This document shows, piece after piece, positions 11,101 through 23,575 of a DNA stretch of 64,000 nt. Positions within the stretch are counted from its first letter, which is position 1. Each line of letters starts with the position of its first letter. The translations under genes and the position numbers were made by a program. This DNA comes from Lingula anatina (Eukaryota; Animalia; Brachiopoda), in the NCBI GenBank assembly GCA_051362555.1, contig CM120649.1, positions 16,134,567-16,198,566 on the forward strand, in the 5' to 3' direction. The notes under the pieces are model-generated. The model saw only the letters and a list, made by a program, of their open reading frames with translations, was not told the origin of the DNA and did no database searches.

Positions 11101-14100
11101 AATTATTGATTATTCTTGGTCTAACTATTCACATGTGCCTATGATATCATTTTAAAGGCATTGAGTAAACGTTTAGTTGCTGGTTTAATTTTTCACAGAT
11201 TTCTTCATCTTGCTTACTTATATCCGTTTTCTTTTTCCTAAGACTGAGTATTTAAATTGGCAAAAAAAAAAAAAAAAAAAAAAATACTCTAAGCTGCTTT
11301 CCAGTTTTTGTAATTTTTCCACCATCACGGAACAAACTCTTTCCGTAAGCAAGATGTATATTCGTATTACCGTACTCTGAAAGAAACTGTTTCAGTTGTA
11401 TGAACGTTAGGCAAGTACGTACCCAGTACATGTAGCGTTTTGCATTAAGTGATACATGTAACAATCAGCCCATACCTCGATACGATCAAAATGCCCCAGT
11501 ACTTCATCCTTCGTCTCATAGTCCATAAACTTGAAGCCGGGAGCGAAGCAGAATTCCGGCAACATGGACATGAGAATACCGTCCGGGCCGACCTTCACCC
11601 TTCTGGCCAGGTTGTTCACGAGACGCGTGACCTTGGGGGCCAGCCCGTCCTCCCGGATAGCACGAGAACCCAGGGCGAACGCGATGTCGGCTTTGGGATC
11701 ATTTTCACATTCTAAAATAAGAACATATTAATAAACGACAAACAAACATAGGAAGATCTTTCTGGAATTTATCAGTAATATTTACGTTTAAACATAGACC
11801 AAGTCTGTAGCCTGTACTTGTATCATTATTTTCAGTTACGCCATTCTGTATAAATCGTAGTAAATTTGGCAAAAGAACAAGACATTACATATAAAGTATT
11901 TTGCTTAAGTAAAATGAATATATTCCGACATCAAGGGTATGATGTTTCACAATCATGATGTGTGCGAGTGCGTTTGTGTAATCAACGACTCTAATATTAC
12001 CAATTCCGTATATAAAGTGCATACAATAAGTGGCCCAGAGGCCCAAATAACTAGGAACAAGCACTTTATATTACTCTCTAAAACGGGCACTACAACAAAT
12101 CAACCTTACTTTGAATAGTTGTTGGGTCCCGTGTCCTCTGTCTACAGATCAGCGACGCTAGTGCCCTGTCCACCCCGGCCAGTTCGTAAACACTGTTGAC
12201 CACGAGTGACCGCTTGGGGTCAATGGAAACGGCGTTCAACTCTGTTTTCGTGATCTGAAATTATCGAACCATATAGCTGAGTCTTTTGTTTTATCGGTAT
12301 TTGGTATTCTATTTTTCTATAAGAGCCCCTGTGAATCGAGGTGTGAATCCGCCAGAGGGACTTTCATTTTCGGGTTTCTCGGATATGTGAGTGGGGGTCG
12401 GTGGGCAGAGAGTCAACTCTCTACGTAAGCTTAACCCTTACCAAAATCTAACATTCCAAGTATTTTAAAGTATTTAATCTGTGGAGTCCTCTATGCACGG
12501 TTTCAAAGGGGTATGACGGGGGGGGGGGGGGGGGGGGGGAGGTAGGGGGTAGGGGGGAATAGGGATGGGGGGGGGTTGTATTCATCATCTCTGTGGATGT
12601 TACCCTCATCTAGCTTCAACTTCGTTAAATCTGACATTGCAAGGTTGACATACCTAATCTAAATTCAATTACTAAAATTATTATTGAGTGCACTACATCT
12701 ATATTGTGCTCTCTAAGTCACATCCACTTTAGTGGTATTTAATTGCAAGTTATTCTTTAAGTGGAGACTCGTTGGTTTGTTCTGATAACCAGTCCGTCGT
12801 ATATACACGTGTACAGTCTCGAATTTAACTTCAAAGTTATACTAAGTGCAAACCTTGGGAAAGCCTTTGAGGAAAACAGCAAATGGAAAAAATACAACAA
12901 TGGCAGGAAGGAATAAAAATGTTATCTTGGAAATCGTATCAAATTGGGAGGCATTAAATAACAAAGAGGAGGGAAACTGCAAGATATGTTGAACCATGGT
13001 CTTCAAGAAAAAAAAAATGAAATTACGTCACCGGAAAAGTCACAAAAAGTTTTATGACCTCTCTTTTTCTAATAGAGATCGTTTCGGCTGCCGCAGAAAT
13101 TGCTCAAACCTCTTTACCGGGTCGATAAGGCTACACGTTATTCGCATACCACTTGTGAATGTTAAATCAAAATGACGGAGAAACGTGTGATTTCCATTTA
13201 AATGACTGAATCAAAAGGTTTGTGAGTGTATATTGACAAAACACATGTTCTAAACACCCGGTAGCATATAACCAAGCTTATTGGAAGTTTAAACAGAGTT
13301 TTTTTACTGGTTGGTTCTTGGAATACCGTATAATTAAACTAGCCTTTTGCAGTCTAGTTCGCGATATGTAATTTGCAAAATGTTTAGTATGTGACGGAAA
13401 TGTATGTACTAAAGGATTCTTTCACCCTCAAAGGAAGTTTTACGTGTTTGCACTAAGTGGTATGTCCCATATTCTTTTTTGTACTTGCTCAAAGGTTGAA
13501 GATTAAATAAATAAATGAAATAAGATAAAATAAAATAGGGCCATATAATCGATTGGATATATAAATAAATAATATATACATAAGTAAACAAACAAACAAA
13601 CTCGCAAATAAATAAATAAATATGACAAACCAATTATATTTTTACTGTAGAGGAGGTGAATTTCTGGTAGAACATTTAAGAAAATGGCCTATCCAATACT
13701 TTATATACTCTTTTGGAAACATCTTTTATTTAAAGACTGTAAACAGCCCCCGCCCTCCTCTCCATGCTAAAGTTTTTTTTTTTTTCATTTTTTAACAAGA
13801 GAAAAGCATAAAGCATACACACAAAAGAGACAAACCAACCTTTTTACCAATCCCTATGGCATAAGTGGTGATTCCAGACTGCTCCAGAAAACTGCCCTCT
13901 AGCGTGGCCCCTAGAGGCCAGGCAGGCGTGTTCCCCGTGATGAAAATCACCACCAGGGGGTTCTCCCCAAGACGAGACCCACGGTCAACCGTGAACAAAT
14001 CTTTTCTGGCCTGGCGAAGTGCGACGTGTGACCATGTGATACGACCTTGATTTTATCGAATAAAATCACTTTATTATTGTAAATCATCCGGATAATGTAT

Positions 14101-14455
14101 TATCTAATTTCAAGAACTTTTATTAGTCAACATTTAATCAAATAAAATCACAGTCTAAGGGTGCAATTGATAAAAGTTTGTATTTTTACAGGGTAAGCGA
14201 CCACTTAATCTTAATATTGGACGTCGTTTCTTCACTCAGAGGTCATTCAGTACACTTCATACTTAACAACTGCTGAGTTACTACAACACATACTTAAGGT
14301 GACTCTGACCGCAACACGCGCGTTATACACATCAGCACTTTTTGTAAAGAATAACCTGCATGCTTCAACACTCACGTGGCCTTGTGGTTTTTATAGTTAA
14401 TTTTGTGTTAAGTGTTCAGTAAATAAAAGAATATAAAAAGGGACCTTATGTTTTA

Positions 14456-14506
<51 letters not shown>

Positions 14507-16878
14507 GATGATAATAATAATAAAAAAGGCCACAAGAACCCTACGCAAACTACTGAAACCAAACTACCTGGAACATGCAAGACCTGGCAAGACCTTTACC
14601 TTTATCCTGATGCACAGCAAAGTCAATGGCGAGCATCATATTCTCACGATCCTCAAAGGTGTCCAGGTAGAAGACGGCTTTGGAGTCGTAAGAACCTCCA
14701 GACAGCACCAGACCCACCTTGACCCCATAGTTACTGTCCACGGCGAAGTTGTTGATGATGTTCTTGATGAACTGTTTTTCCCTGAGGAATTCGATTGGTG
14801 TCAGCGGCGTGGTGACGTCCAACACAAAGACTAAGTCGATAGCTCTGTTACATGTAACTGATAGAGAAAAAACGATTTAGAATAGATCTATCATTATATT
14901 GTCATTTTTTGTGGGAGATGATTAAAAATGCCCTTTTATGCTAATATTGGCCTGGTAATGGCTTCTTTTGAAATAAAAAAGTTTCAGGTGGTATTTATGT
15001 TATAAAGATTGCTTTAATACTATTTTATTTCATCGAACATAAGTAAGTGAATATATATATAGCATAAAACGTTACAAAAGGTTGCAATAAAGCCTTTTTA
15101 ACAGACGATATTTGAACTTATATACTGCAGATACTTTAGACATGTTTACAGTTGGGGTATATTACTCTCTTCACTCATTACAGCTATATATTCTGTTCTT
15201 CTAAGTCACGTTGCACACCATACGTGTATTTGGGTTATATACTTCGCTGCTTTTCAAAAGTCGAGTTTCACAAAGAGCCTTCTGTGTTATGCGATCCGAT
15301 GGAATGCGTTTAAAAGAACATTATCTTTCAGTTAGTAGATCATTTTCCTTGTAAAATTAACCTTTGTATTGTACCTAAGCCCCATCAGTCCATTCTTGTT
15401 AAAATGAACTCGTTCCCCTTTAATTATCCAGTGCGTTGTTTTTTTACGTGCAACCGCAGTTACGTCAAAACGCATCAATGCCCTCATTTAACTGGATAAA
15501 TACACGATTAAGTTAAAAACCCCAAAAGAAATAATGTCTTGATTTTTCAACCAGACTATCCATTTAAATCAGGAGATATCTAGAATTACAAAAATAAGCA
15601 GCAGGGTGAGTGTTTTTTATGTAGGTTCAGTTGATGAAATTTCTATTATTCTCTATAAATTACACTGTATTTATTGGTTCTTTAAATCAAATAATACATA
15701 TCTTTTTATTGCTTTGAATTAAAAAAAATCAAACTGGCAAGGATTGGTATCTTGATAAGAAAGCAAGCTGTTTGTTTCACCTCACCAAAAAAAGAAATAA
15801 AATAAAGCTCAAATTCCGAGAATACTTCACCAGATTTAGGGTCGTCTTCGATACTCAGTAGGGCTTGTTCAATTTATATTTAATCGTTTTTGCAGCATTC
15901 CTGTTCTATTCAGTTCAGGCTGAGACTGAATATGTGTTATTTAATTTGCAGAAAACTCTAAAGATTCAGCTTCACACCAATGATCACAGAGTACAATGCC
16001 TATTTTTCTATAAAGATTAACTATTCAGCATCTTGAAGACGGCATTCTTGTAAAATATCAGTAAACTGTAATGTTATACTTATTTTTTACTATATTTTGT
16101 AAAGTGACGATGAAGATGAAGAGCCCCACCCTACGGGCTTAGAGAGTTACCTACTATATTTTTCCCATGTTTTTGTACAGTATTTTTTTAAATTACAAAC
16201 AAAGGTTCAAAGTAGAGCGAGGAAGTACAATCCAATCTAATCTAACCCAATACTTACTGGCTGCCTGCACCCCTTGTAAGCTAGCCATGTAAACCTAAAT
16301 AGAAAACAAATCAATTGCAATTAAACAAACCCGGTTTATCTAAGTATTGATTGAAGCTGCCTGAGGTAAAAAAACCCCGCTGTGTTTAAGATATTGCTAA
16401 TAATAATAAACACCTGCATACTTAATGAGTATGGTAATAACTCCATCTTTTCAACGAGCGGAAATTTTGAATTTTATTTTTCAAGTCATAATTGCATTCC
16501 TATTGAGTGGAAGCAACGAAATTTAAAAAAGGGCTACTCTATTGAGATCAAGTCATTACCGATATAAGATTTTGTTCATTTTGGAAATTTGGAAAAGAGA
16601 TAAGATTTTTAATTGCAGGCTTATTCCTTCCAATATCGGTTGAGAGAGATCTTTGCAACAATTGTATTCATAAAGAACAGAGTTAAGTAGAACTAGATCC
16701 ATGATATCAGTAAGTAATAAATCATCTATGAAGCCTAAAATAATCAATCGTTCAAAATAGAAAATCCGAGGCGGATATATAACGGCATAATGCTACACAA
16801 AGCTTATCTGTATGGAAAATATGAAAATGGAAATGAAACATGGCTTACCTGCATGAGAAACAATGGCAACACTAGCAT
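8164..16878 (-). CDS. Secreted double von Willebrand factor A (VWA) domain protein, 411 aa (matrilin/collagen-VI/PTMP1-like architecture)
   Basis: Phase-consistent exons (minus): 16878-16849, 16294-16258 (together MLVLPLFLMQVYMASLQGVQAA, signal peptide), 14857-14600 (CNRAIDLVFVLDVTTP...VKVGLVLS), 14045-13840 (...GSRLGENPLVVIFITG...GITTYAIGIG), 12254-12110 (ITKTELNAVS...SLIC), 11711-11476 (CENDPKADIAFALG), 11076-10887 (...GSRPDARHLGVVLVD...ARKAGIEIFVVG), 8297-8164 (VGRNITYAELERIAS...DLLC*). Total 1236 nt. Typical VWA strand/helix motifs, each domain bracketed by Cys. Confidence 0.9.
12517..12575 (+). repeat. Poly-G / G-rich tract (G-quadruplex-capable) in VWA intron
   Basis: G run of about 23 followed by further G3-G9 runs. 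Confidence 0.8.
14456..14506. repeat. (AAAT)n microsatellite
   Basis: Direct reading. Confidence 0.95.
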
Positions 16879-17078
16879 TTTGGAATTATTCCTTTCTGAA
16901 ACAGAACAAATATTCGTGTGAAGTTATCACAAGACAGTCCATCTGCCACAACGTTCAGATTTGACGACGAAGACCAAATTTTTGATATTAGCAAGAGTAG
17001 GAAAAAACAATCGCACTTGAAGAGCCTAAGCGAATACCAGAACCAGCTGGCTTCTCTAAACGTTTCCTTGCTAAGTAC

Positions 17079-17264
17079 CTATTTAACGTTATGAAGCAGA
17101 AATCTCCGATCTGATCTTGAAGCTGTCAGATCGTATTTTCACCTCGGTTGGCTGCTTGTTACTGAGTAGTGCCACGACAGTGAACTGTGCTGAGACGTTT
17201 CCCTCACGTTTTTCAGGAGTAATACTACCACAGTCAATTCTCCGACAACGGCAAGAAATTTATA
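17079..17264 (-). promoter_or_regulatory. Putative TATA box (17264-17258) and non-coding first exon of the VWA gene
   Basis: TATAAAT on minus at 17264-17258. A donor-like AG|gtactt at 17079 and an acceptor ttctgtttcag upstream of the ATG exon (exon start 16895) imply an upstream UTR exon. Confidence 0.5.
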
Positions 17265-20200
17265 CTCTGAGAACGTGAAGGCATGCTGGACAGGTGTCCC
17301 CATCTTCCGGCGCTAGGGGGCTCCCGCGTCGATTTGTGACAAATGGGGCAAGGAAAAAAGGTGTCAAAAATCCGAAAATTCTTGGTTTATTGGTCATGGC
17401 GAACTGCGCCTTGAAATTGGGCGCTTACCACATGGTTAGATGCGTTATTAGTGCGCGGTATTTCCTTGTCAGATCAAGCCAAGTGCTTCGCGTGAGAGAA
17501 CATAGTTTAGATTTATTGTGATATTTTTTGCCAATTGCGAATTTGTTTAGTAAAATTGCGAAGTCAGGAATTCGACGGCTTATTTTCATGCGTGTTTGTG
17601 TCCATGGGTATATAGTTATTATGCATGAGTGGCTATTGGGATTTCTGTTTATTAAGCGATTGACACATGCATTCATTTCAGTTTCCATTTCAATTCTGAG
17701 TCTATCGACTGCATTATAATTATTTGGTTTTAATATTTTATATAAATATGACTTTCATTTTTATCTCTTAGCTTTATTCTTCTTCCTTTAAAAAAAACAC
17801 CACTATCAAAGTACTGATAAACGAACGCATTCAAGTCTAAGAAAGATCATCAGGTATTTTTGTCCTTCTTTTTACCCTATTTAAAATTTTTTATCTGACC
17901 AGAAGAAAATCCACAAACAATCGAAGACATCGTACATTTCAGTCCAGGTAACACATTTGGGCTTTGATCTGGGAGGGATTAGAGTAAGTGACCCTGTGAC
18001 TATGTGACTTTCTTGTCGGTGTCCCGGTGGTGGACATGAGACCCTCTGTCTTTCTGTACTGACCGGCCCGACCTGCGGTTTAACCCCGCCAGGCTATTAC
18101 TTGACCTTACTACTTGCCCCATAAACTAGACGGCTGGTAAAGCGTTTGCCCAATTAGCACAACCAGCGTCTCCGCTACGCTTATTTCCATTTCATCGTCC
18201 ACAAAGTGAGAAACGTTCACGTGGGGGCCCCGCCATGATTGACGAGTCAGATGCAAACCGTCGTCTGCTCACTTCTATCATGTATGCAGGAACTCAATGC
18301 AGAATATATCCCAAGAAGTTAATGGAGAAAACATGTTTTGATGATGGAATATTTAGTGTGCTGTTTTTGTTTGCAAAGAAAGCTAAGAATGGATGCAAAC
18401 GGAGGTCAGGAAGAGTCTTTGAGGAAAGGCAAGAGAAAAAAGTGACAGGGAAATGTGCATTGAGCAAGCAAAACATTTCCAAATCGGTCTCGCTTTCGTC
18501 AGAAAATGCCTGTTTTAAGTAGAAGTTTAGTATTTGGAGAACAAATATGAAAAACTTGAGATAATTGTGGCATTTGTTTTAATGGAGTTTTGTTGTGACA
18601 TGGTATGAAATTGTCTACTGACGTGGACGAGTTTTTTTTTTTCAGTTCAAATGAAGTCTTTTAACTTGATCATGCCGGGTTCTTTTATTCTGGTAATGAT
18701 CCTGATTGTATTATTTTTTATTTGTCGATTTAACTATTTCAAACGTAATACTAGATGGACATATACCATATATGGAAAAATCGGATGAAAAAACTGACGA
18801 ACATACTCTTTAATCAAATAAATGCCTTTTTGCATGTGAAGGGTGAAACTTTTGCACTTGGTTTGGAGTGCAAAATGCATCAGTTGTGCTGGGTGTGATT
18901 CATCAATTGTGTTATATCAACTGGGACACTTTACAAACCGCTCAGGTTGGCAGACGTACCGAGGTTAGTATATGGGACGAATGTGAACTGTAGGGAGTAA
19001 TGGAGAAGGGATCGCCGTACCTAACGGCCTGACATATTTGTCACAACGGTGTATTCCACTAGGTAGTCCCCTGTCATATAAGTTCGGGTTCCCACTCATT
19101 TATACAAATATGCCCTGACGTCCCCCAAGTCATGTACCTAAGACTGACTACATATGGCTCACAAGCAGACTCCCGGTTATACGGAACACGGACCACCAGT
19201 TTAAACAGAATGTTTGTCGAAACTTAATGAAAAATACCGTCTCCTTCAGTGCAATATGAACACATGGTAGTTATCTGACGCCGTTCCTCGTAACAGCGAG
19301 CAAGCCAGAATAGCCAAATGTTTGACATGTGTAACTGTCGCCGTGTCTATGGGTCTTTCTTACAAGCAGTGTGAAATATATGGTGATAGATCTTACATGT
19401 AGATATGCGGATGACATATTAGAGTTGGTAAAAATAGTTTACCATATAGTTGACATTACTATTCACAAAATAACCTACAACAACAGTATATACATGTATG
19501 AATACGCAGCACGTGGAACTCGGGATTTGTCACCGCGATTGGTTCCTGTTCTCTTAGCACGAGTATAATTTTAAACTCGCCATTGATATGTAAGACCGAT
19601 AACGTCTGTTCTGGGCATCAATTCCTTTCTTTTTTTAATCTCATTTTAAGAGAATGACACTTTCATGCGCTGTGTGCCAACTTTGTATGAAATTTGCACA
19701 CTGACGTTCCTCAAGAGCAAAAGATAAAACGGATGCAGTCTGCAAGAAAGTCATGCTTTAACAGACTGTTGACAGGGATAACCTGTGCACCTTAGATCAT
19801 GCAGATTTACAGTTACTGTCACTGTATGTTTACACAGACAAATCAAGGTGGTGCACATGTATATATTGTATATGTTCATGTACTGTACGTCTCTCACAGC
19901 ATATTTTGTAAAATTGGCTGGAGCTAAAGTTAAAGAGGCTAAAGGAAAAGTAATACTGATTTTTGATAGCTGAAATTGAAATCAGAGACGGTCTCGATAA
20001 AGTCCTGATATTGATTTGGCACGGATTACGCCATTCAATCCCATGTATCACGTAGGTAAGTTCAATTGGCATAGCGGGTACAGGGATATTGGAGTATTCC
20101 GTGTTACTTGGCGTTATAGATTAGCTATTGTTGATTCCTCTTGAGACAAAGTTATGCCATTTTTGCTCATTTCAGAGAGAGAGAGAGAAAGAGATAGAGA

Positions 20201-23200
20201 GAGAGCATCAATATCAGACAATAGAAAATGGACATCAAACACGTCCATCTGCATGCAAGACAGGCCAATCATCACGTTGAACTGAATGTGACCGGTTTAC
20301 TGCTGCAGTTTAACCTATCATATTGGCACCCCTATGGCTTTAGAATTAGAACTGCTGTCGGACAGAAGATTGCTTTATCTATGTAAACTCACTGATTATT
20401 CCGTCGTCCCCGTATAGCGCCAGAATATCACCACATATTGCATACTACATGTACATATATACATGCACCAGGCACATTATATGGAAGGCATCCAGAATTA
20501 CTCCCTTGACGTACATTCTTTACCTTAATGTCACCGACGGTACTATGAATTGGCCAAGGGATGTGGGGGAAATTCTAGGATAAAACATATTTTTACATTG
20601 TTTCGCCCGACAAATGTCAAGCAGTCGTCCAGGATAAGTGTATTGCAATATGCAGGACGCATGGGGGGATTAAATGGTTGTTTTGTCTCATTTCTCTAGT
20701 AATACTGTTTTCATTTTGTTTGGGTGGGTCGGGTGTGTTTGGAAGGGGGGGGGGGGGAGGTAAGTTTCCCGATGCTCCCGGGATCCGCCATTAAGTGTAC
20801 CACTACGTTTTGCGAAATCACTTTTTTATCGGTACCCAATTCACCATCTCGACATATGCTTTTCCATCAGACAGCAAATGTCACTTTTCTAAAAGTGACA
20901 TCATAACAATGCTTTTTTTTATCTATTCACAGCCTCATTATTGTGTTTACACATATTTAGATCATGAGCTTGGGATATACCACAATTCCCTTGAAAATTA
21001 AGACTAAAACCAATCCAATATTACTCCCCGTTTATACTTCCTAACTTGATTGATAGCTTGAGCGTAGTATCTTGTCCTTCACGTGAACCATAATAAAGAT
21101 TAAGCAATCTTATACGTACGTATTGGCGGCAAAGCAGCTCCAGACCTGTCAGAGTGTGTTAGCAACTCGTGTTGCTCATAACATTATTGACGGAGTTGCG
21201 GATCGGGTGCTGTTTGTGGTAAGTATACGTCTTGCTTGGTACCGGGAACCTGTCACCAACGATCGAAGGCAATTAAGTTATTATTCTTTGCAATTGGATT
21301 AGCACAGTAAAAACGAAGTTTCCTATTAAAATTGTGGGAATCTTTGCGGTTAATTGTGGTTGCATGTTTTTTTTTATAGAGAGAGTTCATGTTGATTTTG
21401 ATTCGGAATGGTAGTGTTTGAGGCCTACTATTAAATGTGGGCGCTTGCTGATCAGGAAAGGGAAGATGTTTTTGTATTATACATGTACATGATAATGACC
21501 TTCTATGGGCATTCTAATTTACGCTTTGCGGTCGAAGTTGAGTAAATGTTTAATTTGCAAGTGTTTTTTAACCGGTTCTGGTCGATCTCTGCTCCAGCAG
21601 AGCAAGAATCAACCTCTGTCAAATATATTTGATTTAGGTTTGTTGTGTTGAAAACGTGAAAAAATTGTGTGTGTCATTATTGCAAGCAAATTGCCCCTGT
21701 TGACGTTATTGGAACACAGTTTGTTTGTCACTGTATAAAAGGCAATTTAAGTGGTTTCATCAGAGGCAACCGCATTTTCCATTGTGACAAAAACTTACGT
21801 GCCATACCATTGTATTAATAATCGACTTGTTATAAAAGGATCTCTTATATGGAATCACATTCACTTATCTGAGGTATGCACGTGAAAATTGTCTACGTGT
21901 CCCAATTTATTTAATTAAACAAGAATCGCGCTTCGTGCTAGACAATGCTTTTTCCGGTAGTAAAAATTGGCCCAAGTAAGGCTGTTATAGGTTATTGGAA
22001 CACATATACAGTGTGGGGTATTTATGTCCAATTTGTATCTCAGAATAATAAGACCCTCAGTAGCCAACCTTTTTCCGTTGTGATTAAGGACATGGGTTTG
22101 ATCATGGTATACAAAGGCATTTATTAAAATGTGGGAGAGATATATTGTATTAAAGTATATTATTCGGATTCGTGAGCTCAAGTTGTCGCAAAGAAAAAAA
22201 ATGTCAACCATTGCTAAACTATATTTCGGTTGTTTTTTTTTTTTTTTTTTGGTTTTATTTTGTTTCAAGATCGCCAAATTGCCTTATTAGTATCGGTGGA
22301 CCGCAGTGGGTTGGAATTAAGGTTAGATTTTCTCAAGTTATATAAAAGGAAGAAAACCCCCATCATGAATTCCATACAAAGGAACCAGATGCAAAATGTT
22401 TCTTTTCGCTCAAATAGACAAACCAGAAGATTGTGTTATGGCATGATACTCATTAGATTTAAGGATGAGAGAGCTTACCCGGCAATTTTGTCATAAATTG
22501 TGTTGAGATATGTACAGTAGCATCCTATGTTGGTAAATTAAAAAAATCTTTACGGGTGGGTACCATGGTGGATAATACGAACCATTCTATCCTCTGCATG
22601 CAGTATCATCTGTGAGGCGGAATGGGAATTTATCCCCTTGCGATCATCTTCCGAGAAAGAAACGGAGTCGGTTCTTTCAAGGAAGAATACGTAATGAACA
22701 GGAGAATAGTGTAGGCAGCTTGCAACTGGGGTTTTGATCGACCCATTTTCCTGGAGGCAGGGTTATACTGAAGGGACAGTAGACAGCTTCAGTTCAAAGA
22801 GCTGTTTATTCTTATATGATAATGTTATATGGTATACCAATAGATAAGTTCATTTTGTAACCAAGAAATATCAAATTACTTGAGATAATGTCGGTGCAAA
22901 CCCCCAAAATACAGTTCAATTCGACTGCCAAAGCATTCCTCAAATGAGTGCAATATCTTGGTCAACCAGAAGAATTAGAATTAAGAATATATGTGAATCA
23001 AATTCTGGAAATTGAATACCCCGAAGTAAAAGCCCAAATGACGTGTCCATTCAGTTCCTCCAGCTCATTGCAATGAAAATATGTATCGGTTTGTCGTTGA
23101 CTTTAACAGCGTATTTTCCAGAATATATATGGATCCATCAGCTCATCATTCATCAGATCTTGCACACCAGTCTCCAAATTTGCGGAAACATTGGACCTCA

Positions 23201-23392
23201 TTAAAGGGGCTTAAGTTTATAGACTGGTTTAAGATCGCTTCCGCGCGTTTATGTGATTGGTATTATCGACCTCAAAACTTGATTTCTTTATTAGGTGTCT
23301 AACGTAACGAGAAATATTAAATAAGTGATGCACTCTACACTGTACAAATCTAGGGCATAGATGAGGTAGAGCCCATATCTCTGCCCCCTCCC

Positions 23393-23575
23393 CAGTGGCG
23401 GATTTAGTGGGGGTGTCAAGGGGGTCCTGAACCCCCCCCCTTCGATTTCTGAAAAAAATCACACCATGGTCCCCTCTTGAAATTAGAATTTTGACTGAAT
23501 GGCACCGTGCACCCCCTAAAATACCAAAAAATTTCGGGACCCTTCAGCAGGCCTCGAGACCCACGCCCCTGCCTC
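23393..23575 (+). mobile_element. Truncated hAT-like MITE end
   Basis: Begins cagtggcggatttagtgggggtgtcaagggggtcctgaacccccccc, a CAGTGGCGGA-type terminus common in invertebrate hAT-like MITEs. No matching second TIR seen. Confidence 0.4.
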
